Below, one piece after another: positions 10,369 to 18,624 of a DNA stretch of 64,000 bases (the first letter of the stretch is position 1; every line of letters begins with the position of its first letter). The position numbers and the translations under genes are program-made. This DNA is from a virus, in the IMG/VR virus record IMGVR_UViG_3300032373_000004, positions 6,109 through 70,108 of that record, one strand, 5' to 3'. The notes under the pieces were generated by a model that was given only the letters and a program-made list of their open reading frames with translations, was not told the DNA's origin and did not search any database.

Positions 10369-10476
10369 ATTTGTTATCCCTAACAGTTCTCCTTGTAATG
10401 GTCTAGTGTGACCATACTTAGTGTGTTTTTCGGGGTTTCTGGTTTAGATAACAGTACTATAAACCCTTTTTCCTTG

Positions 10477-10549
10477 TTCCCCCAGAAGGACTCGAACCTA
10501 CGACTCTTCCGTTAAAAGCGGAATACTCTACCAACTGAGTTATGAGGGA
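10477..10549 (-). tRNA. tRNA-Lys (anticodon UUU)
   Basis: Acceptor tccccca/tgaggga, D-stem ACUC/GAGU, anticodon stem UUCCG/CGGAA with loop CUUUUAA. Confidence 0.8.
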
Positions 10550-10556
10550 ATATTTG

Positions 10557-10630
10557 TGGAACAGGTGGGTCTTGAACCCACAACTCTCGGAATGCAAAAC
10601 CAAGATACGAGCCACTTGTTTATCTGCCCC
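10557..10630 (-). tRNA. tRNA-Ala (anticodon UGC)
   Basis: Acceptor ggaacag/ctgcccc with two G-U pairs; T-arm gtggg-tcttgaa-cccac; loop UUUGCAU; anticodon stem 4 bp. Confidence 0.55.
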
Positions 10631-10635
10631 AAATA

Positions 10636-10665
10636 AAAAGCTCCAATCTTTCGAGAGGAGCTTCT
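10636..10665 (-). terminator. hairpin terminator downstream of vWA gene (bidirectional-looking)
   Basis: Stem aagctcc/ggagctt with T-run on the minus strand (..gctttttatttgggg) between gene end 10817 and tRNA-Ala. Confidence 0.5.
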
Positions 10666-10816
10666 GTTTTATAATATATGATTATTATATATCAGTTTTA
10701 CTCCAAAGGAATTGTCCTTTAGTTCTACCATCAATCGCTATTTTAATAACCGTATTCATTTTTCTTTATTAATTGAGGTACAAATATAAGTAAAATATCT
10801 GTACCTCAGAAACTTT

Positions 10817-12655
10817 TTAAATATTATTTTTAACAAACTCTCTAACAGGTGCATACCTATTAGTACGTGATAGTGATAATAATGGTGTATACACATCATA
10901 TGTGTCCATATCCCTAAAATTAGTTAGTAACATTTCGATACTAGCTGGATTAGGTGGTACAACCATAATATTATCAATTCCTGAGAAACGTGTCACTTTA
11001 GCTGACATACTTCTACTAACATCAATCAATACTATATATGGCTTAAAACCGAAATATTTTTCACATTTTCTCATGAAATCATTCATGCTAGATTCTGGAG
11101 AACGCATATTATTAAACTCACCATCAGAAATTAAAGTCCAAATAGGGTACTTTTGTAATTCTTCAAGTTTATTAGGGTCTCCATTAACCCAAGCATTAAT
11201 ACCTTCTGGAATAGATGATATGTTTGTCATACCATTATTACATTTACCATTTAACCAGCTAGACATTCTTTTTAAATTATTTAAAAATGTATCTTCTGGG
11301 TCTATCAATGGTTTAGTAGGTGTTCCATAAGTTCTACCTTTCATTAAAGAATTAGGTCTAACTGTTTGACTACTAATACCATTATACATTCTACAGTTAC
11401 CTGCAAACAATCCAATCATATTACGAGCATCCACATCAGGGTTTTTCATCATTGTGATTGTAGCCATAAAAGCTGCAAACTGATAAGGTTTATAACCCAT
11501 ATTATGTCCTCCCCATCCCATACTACCAGAATCATCCATAAAAATTAAAGAATTATAAGGTAAGTTAATACTATCTAAAAATGGCTGAATCTTTATTTCA
11601 TCAACTCTACCGTTAATAATATCTTCAAACATTTTTGTAAAAGAATTAGCTCCTACATTAACCTTAGCCTCTTTCTTAACTTTTGCTAAACTATCTTTTT
11701 CTGCTTTAGTAGCTGTTCCTTGAGTAATTTTTTCTTCAAGTTTACGTTGTTCAGCTTGTTTAGTTTCTTTATAAGATTCCCAAGCCTGATAGTATTCTTT
11801 AAATTTAACCCATTTCTCTCCGAACATAACTCTATTACGAACTCTAAAACGAGCATCAGATGGCATTTTATCAATCATTTCAATGAAAGCTTCTTTATCC
11901 ATGTCTTTAATTGCCCCAGAAGAGAATATTACAGACTCAAAACCTTGATTAAATTCTTTTCTCCAATTATAAAAACCTGTAAAGTCTACATAAGTTCCTT
12001 TATCTTCAAATGGTAATCTAGCTTGTGTTGAAATTTCAGTCAGTAATTTAGCCTTAGTTTCCATTACTTTAACCGTTTCTGGTAACATTTGTGTATTACC
12101 ACTACGTTTAGAAAACCTAGGACGAGTAACAAATTTAGCTACACATATCTTTTGGAAAGGAGTACCTTTATTAATTATATTACTAACATAACTAGCTACA
12201 TCTTTTAAACCAAATAAGTTTACCATATCAATAACAGATATTACTGACTTTGTTCCTTTTTTAGTTTTAACTCTCACAGATAAAATATTATCCATAGTTG
12301 TATATTCAGTAATTAAGGTCATTAGAGCTATTCTCTTAGGTTTTCTAAGAGTTTTAATCTTAGATATTAAGAATGGTATAATAGTGTCTCTAAACACTTC
12401 TCTTTGACCATTTCCACCACCGTCTACTTTACCATCAAAAATATTATGTTGTCTATTTGTAACATCACCTACAAAGAACAATACTGTAACTAATGTAGCT
12501 AATTGTTCTTTATTTTCACATTCATTCCAAGCAGCTTCTAATTTTGAAGTTGTTGGAGTCATTCCTTTAGATGCTGATTGATATAGCTCTAAAGTGTTCT
12601 TCATCCCATAAAAAGGATTACTATCTTTCGTATTGAATTCTACTTGTTTAATCAT
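10817..12655 (-). CDS. von Willebrand factor A (vWA) domain protein, 612 aa
   Basis: MIDAS motif FMDDSGSMGWGG (DxSxS) in C-terminal half; long ORF with terminator downstream. Confidence 0.6.
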   Translation of the reverse strand: MIKQVEFNTKDSNPFYGMKNTLELYQSASKGMTPTTSKLEAAWNECENKEQLATLVTVLFFVGDVTNRQHNIFDGKVDGGGNGQREVFRDTIIPFLISKIKTLRKPKRIALMTLITEYTTMDNILSVRVKTKKGTKSVISVIDMVNLFGLKDVASYVSNIINKGTPFQKICVAKFVTRPRFSKRSGNTQMLPETVKVMETKAKLLTEISTQARLPFEDKGTYVDFTGFYNWRKEFNQGFESVIFSSGAIKDMDKEAFIEMIDKMPSDARFRVRNRVMFGEKWVKFKEYYQAWESYKETKQAEQRKLEEKITQGTATKAEKDSLAKVKKEAKVNVGANSFTKMFEDIINGRVDEIKIQPFLDSINLPYNSLIFMDDSGSMGWGGHNMGYKPYQFAAFMATITMMKNPDVDARNMIGLFAGNCRMYNGISSQTVRPNSLMKGRTYGTPTKPLIDPEDTFLNNLKRMSSWLNGKCNNGMTNISSIPEGINAWVNGDPNKLEELQKYPIWTLISDGEFNNMRSPESSMNDFMRKCEKYFGFKPYIVLIDVSRSMSAKVTRFSGIDNIMVVPPNPASIEMLLTNFRDMDTYDVYTPLLSLSRTNRYAPVREFVKNNI

Positions 12656-12914
12656 CTTTCGTTTTAATTTAATTGTTATTATTGTAAGTAAAAAATTTTA
12701 CATTATTAATGATATAAAAAGGGAGATTTCTCTCCCTAATTACAAAATTCCAAAAACTATGTTACTATCAACGGAAACATAACTCTTTTAAGATACTTGT
12801 TTTGTATAATTGATTTTAAGTCAATCGCCTTAACCACTTGGCAACAAAAGCATTATGGAGCTTTCGACAGGAATCGAACCTGCGTTTATAGTAGTTTTTG
12901 TAAGTATCTATTTG

Positions 12915-13026
12915 TGGCGAGGGTTGGACTCGAACCAACAGTTTTAGTTTATGAGACTAACGTTTTACCTATATGTTGTTTTTGTAAGTAACATCGTTAC
13001 TTAAATTGTTTTTAAACAACCTCGCC
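12915..13026 (-). tRNA. tRNA (anticodon CAU) carrying an about 40-nt insertion in the D-loop region
   Basis: Acceptor ggcgagg at 12916-22 and perfect complement cctcgcc at 13020-26; T-arm gttgg-actcgaa-ccaac; anticodon stem UUAGU/ACUAA with loop CUCAUAA; insert contains hairpin AGUAAC-GAU-GUUACU and UACUUACAAAAA. Confidence 0.55.
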
Positions 13027-13035
13027 ATATTTTAG

Positions 13036-13153
13036 GGGGGAGTGTAGGATTCGAACCTACGACATCGTGCATCCAAAGCAAATGTAGTTTGATTTTGTAA
13101 GTATCATTAGATACTTGTTACGTTACGTGCTCTACCAACTGAGCTAACTCCCC
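13036..13153 (-). tRNA. tRNA with about 45-nt internal insertion, anticodon unresolved
   Basis: Acceptor ggggagt (13037-43) with perfect complement actcccc (13147-53) preceded by gagcta; canonical D-arm GCUC-AGUUGGUA-GAGC; perfect T-arm gtagg-attcgaa-cctac; insert carries hairpin AGUAUC-UAAU-GAUACU plus UACUUACAAAA. Confidence 0.5.
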
Positions 13154-13172
13154 CATATAAAAGCTACTTATG

Positions 13173-13259
13173 TTTACAATGTGGGATTCGAACCCACTAC
13201 CTTAATTATTGAAAAATTACGTTCTAACCAAATGAACTAAATGTATTTTTGTATTGTAA
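13173..13259 (-). tRNA. tRNA with anticodon UCA (opal-reading/suppressor-like) and a 13-nt 5' insertion
   Basis: Acceptor ttacaat/attgtaa perfect; D-arm GUUC-AUUUGGUUA-GAAC; anticodon stem UAAUU/AAUUA with loop UUUCAAU; T-arm gtggg-attcgaa-cccac; 13 extra nt between acceptor and D-arm. Confidence 0.5.
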
Positions 13260-13447
13260 GTAGCTATATTTTATTATTTTAAAGAACTTGGTAAGTCACT
13301 TGTTAAATACGGAATTGAACCGCTTAGTTTGCTTAAAAGGCAAATGATGAACCAAACATCAAATTTAGTTTGATTGTAAGTGACTATATTACTGATTTTA
13401 TTCTACGGTGTAAAGATATATTTAATATTCTTAACTACCAAACTTTT

Positions 13448-13864
13448 TTAAGAATATTTTTTAATCTCGTTTTCAATATCTTCTAAAGACATTTTACCAA
13501 GCTTCTCTAATTCTTTTTCTGTTTTGATTTTACTCAATACAGCTAATTTTTCAGCAGCTTCTGATTTCAATTTTTCTTTAGCTTTCTCAGCTTTACTAAC
13601 CTCTTGTTTGTAATCAAATACTTCTTTCAAAGTATCTAATTGTAATTTTAAACCAGTTGCTTTAGCTGAATTTGAATTTTCATATAAAGAATCTGTAGAC
13701 AAACTATCTAATTCTTTTTTAGTTCTTCTCCACATATTGTTGATACTTTTAATACCTACATTATGGAATAAATCTTGAATTGTGTACACTGTTCCAACAG
13801 AACCTGAGAAAACAATGTTCTCAATAACACATTTTGATACGGATGTTTTTAAATTTTCATTCAT
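13448..13864 (-). CDS. hypothetical coiled-coil protein
   Basis: ORF trimmed to internal Met (MNENLKT) at 13864, which sits 33 nt downstream of a TATATTTG box; KE-rich C-terminus. Confidence 0.5.
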   Translation of the reverse strand: MNENLKTSVSKCVIENIVFSGSVGTVYTIQDLFHNVGIKSINNMWRRTKKELDSLSTDSLYENSNSAKATGLKLQLDTLKEVFDYKQEVSKAEKAKEKLKSEAAEKLAVLSKIKTEKELEKLGKMSLEDIENEIKKYS

Positions 13865-13896
13865 AATATATTTTGTTTTAATTATTAATTCTGATG

Positions 13897-13904
13897 CAAA
13901 TATA
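13897..13904 (-). promoter_or_regulatory. putative -7 promoter box (TATATTTG)
   Basis: caaatata on + strand, 33 nt upstream of start codon at 13864. Confidence 0.4.
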
Positions 13905-13954
13905 AAACAGATATATTTAACCACCAAATTTTTCGATAAATATTTTTATCATTG

Positions 13955-14026
13955 ACTTTCTGGAAGGAGTCGAACCTTCGTCTAAAGCTTCGTAGGCAAT
14001 GGTTTTTCCAATTAAACTACAGAAAG
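13955..14026 (-). tRNA. tRNA-Arg (anticodon ACG)
   Basis: Acceptor ctttctg/cagaaag perfect, D-stem GUUU/AAAC, loop CUACGAA, T-arm gaagg-agtcgaa-ccttc. Confidence 0.6.
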
Positions 14027-14064
14027 ATTTTGTCACAAATATATGCTATAATTGTGACAATTTG

Positions 14065-14138
14065 TACCCCAGACAGGGCTCGAACCTGTAAAACTCAATG
14101 CTTAAAACTGATATGTATTCCAATTCCATCACTGGGGC
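14065..14138 (-). tRNA. tRNA with anticodon UAA (Leu-type anticodon, short variable arm)
   Basis: Acceptor accccag/ctggggc, anticodon stem UCAGU/AUUGA with loop UUUAAGC, perfect T-arm acagg-gctcgaa-cctgt. Confidence 0.5.
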
Positions 14139-14151
14139 ATAAACAACATTG

Positions 14152-14224
14152 TACTCCAAGTAGGATTCGAACCTACAAATTTCAGGGTCTAAACCTGTTG
14201 CCTATTCCATTCGGCTATTGGAGT
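14152..14224 (-). tRNA. tRNA with anticodon UAG (Leu-type anticodon, short variable arm)
   Basis: Acceptor actccaa/ttggagt perfect, anticodon stem ACAGG/CCUGA with loop UUUAGAC, perfect T-arm. Confidence 0.5.
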
Positions 14225-14229
14225 ATTAG

Positions 14230-14315
14230 GGTGAAAGATGGGATTCGAACCCACGAAATCTTTTCAGATGCCAGAATCACAATCTGGTGCATTTGACCAC
14301 TCTGCTACAATCACC
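14230..14315 (-). tRNA. tRNA-His (anticodon GUG) with encoded G-1:C73 and 16-nt variable region
   Basis: Anticodon stem CCAGA/UCUGG perfect with loop UUGUGAU; extra 5' G opposite discriminator C; acceptor has two U-U mismatches. Confidence 0.6.
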
Positions 14316-14322
14316 ATATTAG

Positions 14323-14395
14323 TAGGAATATCAAGACTCGAACTTGAAATATGGAATTCAAAGTTCCATGTGTTAACCAGTTACACTATACTCCA
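14323..14395 (-). tRNA. tRNA-Gln (anticodon UUG)
   Basis: D-stem GUGU/ACAC, anticodon stem UGGAA/UUCCA with loop CUUUGAA, perfect T-arm tcaag-actcgaa-cttga. Confidence 0.7.
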
Positions 14396-14435
14396 ATATA
14401 CTTGGACACTATGTCTAAGATAATGTCCAAGTTAG

Positions 14436-14515
14436 TACTCCCTGTGGGAATCGAACCCACTCTCCAAAAAGGCTAGGTTGAAAGCCTAGTCGCTCACCCA
14501 ATTGCATTAAGGAGC
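14436..14515 (-). tRNA. tRNA-Glu (anticodon UUC) with extended variable region
   Basis: Anticodon stem CUAGG/CCUAG perfect with loop CUUUCAA; acceptor actccct/aaggagc with G-U pairs; 12-nt variable region. Confidence 0.5.
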
Positions 14516-14523
14516 AGTAATAG

Positions 14524-14599
14524 TCTGAGAAGTTGGATTCGAACCAACGGAATATCTATCTTCCAAAGATAGCGAGTACAGCCTCTGCATTGTTCCCAG
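14524..14599 (-). tRNA. tRNA-Pro (anticodon UGG)
   Basis: Anticodon stem CUAUC/GAUAG perfect with loop UUUGGAA, perfect T-arm gttgg-attcgaa-ccaac, acceptor ctgagaa/ttcccag. Confidence 0.55.
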
Positions 14600-14606
14600 A
14601 AATGAA

Positions 14607-14639
14607 AATCCCTGCTAATTTTATTTAACAGGGATTTCT
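14607..14639. other. 9-bp perfect inverted repeat (aaatccctg..cagggattt) flanking a 14-nt loop
   Basis: Located just upstream (transcriptionally) of the minus-strand tRNA array. Confidence 0.4.
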
Positions 14640-14761
14640 TAATAATTAATCTAAAAATTTAGTATGAGCATTTTCACAAAAAATTAGACAACATAAGCCC
14701 TGCCGTTAATCGTAACGGTTGTTCTAAAAGACCTGTATGTAGCTGTATATTTTTCATACTG

Positions 14762-14769
14762 CAAATATA
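14762..14769 (-). promoter_or_regulatory. putative -7 promoter box (TATATTTG) reading into the minus-strand tRNA array
   Basis: + strand ..actgcaaatataag..; reverse complement TTATATTTGCAG. Confidence 0.35.
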
Positions 14770-15118
14770 AGTAAAATTTCTTTACTAGCAAAATTTATTC
14801 AGGTAATTTTTTATACCAGTTATATGCAAAGTAAAAAGGAATAAAACTTTTCTTAAATTCAGTCTTACTTTTGAAGACTATAGACCTATCACCTGTTATT
14901 TGTTTTATAAATAACCCTAATAAGTATACAACCACATATATTTGAATTATAATCATATTATTAATTTTTTATAATGGTTAATAAGCTTATTTAATTTAGA
15001 TTCATAATATAATTCAAATTCTACAAATCCTTCATCATCTTGTTCCCATAACACAAAGAAAACGTTTCTAAGTTTCTTTGATGGAGATTCTTTAGGTATT
15101 TTCTTTGTACGACTCATA

Positions 15119-15466
15119 TTAATCTAATATTACCCAATCATTCTCTAAAACATCTGATGGAGATGCTACCCATCCATAAATAGTATTATCTGGATAAACC
15201 ATTGCTAATTGGTTTTTATAATCAATCGTACTATGATTATGTGCACCTCCTCCAGTACTAATATCAGTAATACTTAATCTTCTTAAAAATTCATCTTTTA
15301 CTGATTGTGGTAAAGATTGCATTTTTGGTACTGTTTCTGCAACATTAATTCTAGCAGGTACTTGCATAAAAATGAATAATTCTTTCCCATTCCAACCTAC
15401 TCTAGCAACTCTTTTACCTTGCTTTAAAGCGATTACCGCTTTTCCAAAACTTACTTGTTCGTTCAT
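15119..15466 (-). CDS. hypothetical protein (115 aa)
   Basis: ORF overlapping the next gene by 4 nt (operon-like packing). Confidence 0.5.
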   Translation of the reverse strand: MNEQVSFGKAVIALKQGKRVARVGWNGKELFIFMQVPARINVAETVPKMQSLPQSVKDEFLRRLSITDISTGGGAHNHSTIDYKNQLAMVYPDNTIYGWVASPSDVLENDWVILD

Positions 15467-16143
15467 ATTAATCCGTTTAAACTTAAATATAATTTATAAT
15501 ATTGAGATATTTCTAAGGCTATCTCTTGTACCTCTTTTAATACTGTATCTACTCTTTCTTGCGTTACATTTTTAGTGATAGTGACAAACCTATCACCTAA
15601 CTTTAATCTTTCGTTCTTAAAAGCGTTACCTGTTCTATGAATTAGAAAGACTTTGACATCAGATGGTAATACACCTGTCTCCTGTTTAATAGCTCCAGCA
15701 TAAATATCTAGTTGAGTATATTCATCACTTTCATATTCAGCAGTTTTTTTATCAACATCTCCAGTTTTATAATCTGCTATCTTATCTACCATTTCAACCT
15801 CGACTCCACACGACTGTTGTAAATCCAACGTATTGGTGTCAATAAAACCTTTAATATAGAAACCATCCAACTGTAGTTTAATTTCTCTTTCAAATTCATC
15901 ATATCTAGGTATTGTTTTTAAAAATTTCTTCTCTTTAACTGTGAACCCACTATAATCATTATTCTCTAAAGCTTCACCTACTTTAGAACCAAATTCTGTA
16001 TACGCATTCCCTTCAAAAGCTTCACCAAAGAAATATTGTCTTATATATTCTCGTTTGCTTTTCTTCCAAGTTGATATTTGAGAATATGATAAATAAGGGA
16101 ATCCTTCATCATCAACTCTAGGTAAAATTAAATTATTATTCAT
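15463..16143 (-). CDS. putative PD-(D/E)XK-family nuclease
   Basis: N-terminal YLSYSQISTWKKSKREY resembles the SxSxL..CP..Y motif of Cas4/RecB-like nucleases (Cys absent); sits among replication genes. Confidence 0.4.
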   Translation of the reverse strand: MNNNLILPRVDDEGFPYLSYSQISTWKKSKREYIRQYFFGEAFEGNAYTEFGSKVGEALENNDYSGFTVKEKKFLKTIPRYDEFEREIKLQLDGFYIKGFIDTNTLDLQQSCGVEVEMVDKIADYKTGDVDKKTAEYESDEYTQLDIYAGAIKQETGVLPSDVKVFLIHRTGNAFKNERLKLGDRFVTITKNVTQERVDTVLKEVQEIALEISQYYKLYLSLNGLI

Positions 16144-17059
16144 AAGATGTTTTCAATGTTTTAATATGAGCTTTTGTTAACTTTGTTTTCTTTCCTTTAG
16201 CTGTAGACACAGCAGCATTAAGTATAACATAACCTAATTGTCTCTCTTCATCAGACATTTTATCAAAAATAGTTTTTAATTCTTTCTTTTCTTTAACACC
16301 ATAAGAACCTCCATCAAAAAGACTTCTTATTAAAGGTATCTTCTCAAAAGGTGTTTTCTTATCTTTACCTAAATTCTTAAAACTATCTATAATTTTATAA
16401 ACTGCTACAACATCTCTTTCACAATATTCTGATATTCTTTCAATATTACCTTCTGGGTCAGCCCAAAAATATTGTGGAACATCCTTACCTTGTAAATCTT
16501 GCTTTGGAGAATCAATACCTAAACTATTGGTTAGAGCAATTAAAGATGTTCTATCGAAACTTCCCATTTGCCATAATTCTTTAGTATCTAATAACCAATC
16601 CATTGTCCAAGGTTTCTCACCAGATGTATCTAACATACTATGTGGAATAATATTATTTATCATTCCTCTTTTAGCAATATATGGGATATCGAATTGTTTA
16701 ATATTATGACCACATAAATAATCTAATTCAAATGATTTAGATGAATCAAAACCATCTAATGTTTTATAGAAATCATTTATTAATGTTTTCTCATTCAAAT
16801 CATTAAATGTTTTTAACCTGAATTCACTACCATCATAAAAACCTACAGATATACAAACTACTCTACCGAAATCTGAAAATAAGGCAGCTTCATCTTTATA
16901 TAACTGAGCTAATTCTTCATCTGTTTCACCGTTTCTTCTTTTTTTATACGCCCAAGCATCGAACTCAGAACTACTAAGGTCTAATTCTTTACTATTTGTT
17001 GATGTTTCTATATCAAGAAACAAAATGTTTTCAATTTTAACTTTTTTTAATATTTTCAT
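16136..17059 (-). CDS. DnaQ-like DEDD 3'-5' exonuclease
   Basis: Exo I LFLDIETS, Exo II YLCGHNIKQFDIPYI, Exo III Y..ERD region. Confidence 0.65.
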   Translation of the reverse strand: MKILKKVKIENILFLDIETSTNSKELDLSSSEFDAWAYKKRRNGETDEELAQLYKDEAALFSDFGRVVCISVGFYDGSEFRLKTFNDLNEKTLINDFYKTLDGFDSSKSFELDYLCGHNIKQFDIPYIAKRGMINNIIPHSMLDTSGEKPWTMDWLLDTKELWQMGSFDRTSLIALTNSLGIDSPKQDLQGKDVPQYFWADPEGNIERISEYCERDVVAVYKIIDSFKNLGKDKKTPFEKIPLIRSLFDGGSYGVKEKKELKTIFDKMSDEERQLGYVILNAAVSTAKGKKTKLTKAHIKTLKTSYE

Positions 17060-17072
17060 TATGTTTAATTAT

Positions 17073-17519
17073 TTAAAATGGTAAATTACCATCATCTGTT
17101 AATTCGTATTTACTAGGGTCTATATTTCTTGAAATATTATCCTTATAATTAACCCATCGTATATTCGATAATACATACCCATCTTTAGGTACTATTCTAT
17201 CAATTGATGGTTTATATTCATCATCCCAATTAGTTTTTTTCCACTTATCAAACAAAGCATTGAATATTGGGTCATTCAATGAAAATTCATAAAATTCATC
17301 TTTGGAACAAATATCTAATCCTAAATATAAATCACTACGTCCTGTTTGACCAAGTACTCTGGCTTTCATATCTTTATAGATAATTGTTACTTTACCTTTT
17401 TTAGTGTGGACGTAATCTCTAACCTTATCTTTATAACACGGTTTACAAGTTTTACGTCCACTGTAAAAATGAATTATAAATTTGTCTTTACCACAAACAT
17501 TACAAATCTTCTTTTCCAT
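17073..17519 (-). CDS. HNH endonuclease with N-terminal zinc ribbon
   Basis: CNVCGKD..CKPC and DRIVPKDGYVLSNIRWVNYKDN (HNH-like). Confidence 0.5.
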   Translation of the reverse strand: MEKKICNVCGKDKFIIHFYSGRKTCKPCYKDKVRDYVHTKKGKVTIIYKDMKARVLGQTGRSDLYLGLDICSKDEFYEFSLNDPIFNALFDKWKKTNWDDEYKPSIDRIVPKDGYVLSNIRWVNYKDNISRNIDPSKYELTDDGNLPF

Positions 17520-18462
17520 TTTTTATTTGATAATCTAAGAAGTTCATATACGTTTTATTTGTAACCTTATATGTTACATTATCAACATTACATTTCATAA
17601 TTCTCTGAACAGTTCCAGCAGGTGTAACTGTTGTATCATGTAACTTAACATCTAACGAACCACAATTAGGACAACTATATTTTTCACCACCATTTAAAAC
17701 TCCGAAATGTATTTTATGACCCATATATTTACGAAGAGTTAAATACATATCTTCGGTAGCTACAATATCTTGACGATTATAATCAACCATTTTTTGTAAA
17801 TATTCAGCTTGTTCATCTGGTGTACCAAATTGAATTTTATCCCACATTTTAATACCTTCATGCTCTAATTTAGTTTCAACTCCTAAAAACTTAGTAATGT
17901 AACTCATAGAATAACTAGGGAGTCTGAATAATCGTTTAGTTTCTTTCATTATATCAAATGATTTAACGTAAGTATTAACTTCTAAACCATACTTCATTGC
18001 TCTGGCATTAACCCAACGGTTATCAAATCTATCATTATTTTGACCGATAACCATGTTAGCTTTATTATAAACTTGTAAAAATTCCTCTAACATTTTTTCA
18101 TCCGAATGATGTTTATCCCATGTCAAATCATGAACTTCATCTTCACCTAACCATTTATAAGCTATAGTAATTATTTTAGGCTCTTCTAATAATTGATGAT
18201 GACTGATATATTGTTTACCTGTCCACCACACCATAGCTGGTATACGACCTGTCTCAATATCATACACAAGTATTTTAGAAGGGTTCATTTCATTTTTAGC
18301 CATAACACCTACACCTATCTTCTTAGCCCATCCTCGAATAGTTCTTTCTGATACATTGTAGTGAGATGATAATGATTCTTGAGCTAATTTTTTAGAAGGT
18401 TTTTCTTTATATTCTTTTTGAATTAAATCAAAATCTCCTTCTGTTAAATTATTAAAATTCAT
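17500..18462 (-). CDS. DEDDy-type 3'-5' exonuclease domain protein with N-terminal HTH and C-terminal zinc ribbon
   Basis: Exo I VYDIETG, Exo II GQNNDRFDNRWV, Exo III YNRQD; CPNCGS motif. Confidence 0.5.
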   Translation of the reverse strand: MNFNNLTEGDFDLIQKEYKEKPSKKLAQESLSSHYNVSERTIRGWAKKIGVGVMAKNEMNPSKILVYDIETGRIPAMVWWTGKQYISHHQLLEEPKIITIAYKWLGEDEVHDLTWDKHHSDEKMLEEFLQVYNKANMVIGQNNDRFDNRWVNARAMKYGLEVNTYVKSFDIMKETKRLFRLPSYSMSYITKFLGVETKLEHEGIKMWDKIQFGTPDEQAEYLQKMVDYNRQDIVATEDMYLTLRKYMGHKIHFGVLNGGEKYSCPNCGSLDVKLHDTTVTPAGTVQRIMKCNVDNVTYKVTNKTYMNFLDYQIKNGKEDL

Positions 18463-18624
18463 ATTTCTTCTTTTTTAATTAAATTATCTTTAAATGCTTT
18501 CAATTTTCTTCTTAGTTCATCAATCATTTTAAATGTTTCATCTATATCTCCATCAGAAGACGATTCATAAATATTATCAATATCTGTATGAAACTCATTA
18601 GTTAATGAAAAAATTATTTTCTCT

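Noticed and set aside
12686-12700. The TTGTAAGT motif as a general promoter
   Set aside because: One copy sits about 35 nt upstream of the vWA gene start, but all other copies are inside or abutting tRNA genes within one 700-bp locus, and the motif is absent upstream of other genes. A local repeat family fits better than a promoter.
12915-13259. Interpreting the tRNA inserts as group I or group II introns
   Set aside because: Inserts are only 13-45 nt, far too short for self-splicing introns. They also sit in the D-loop or acceptor-proximal region rather than the anticodon loop.
12797-14423. ORFs 12797-12991, 13952-14296, 14238-14423 and 10542-10772 in the ORF track
   Set aside because: They lie entirely over tRNA genes or tRNA fragments, have low-complexity Cys/Leu-rich translations and no promoter or coding context; treated as chance ORFs.
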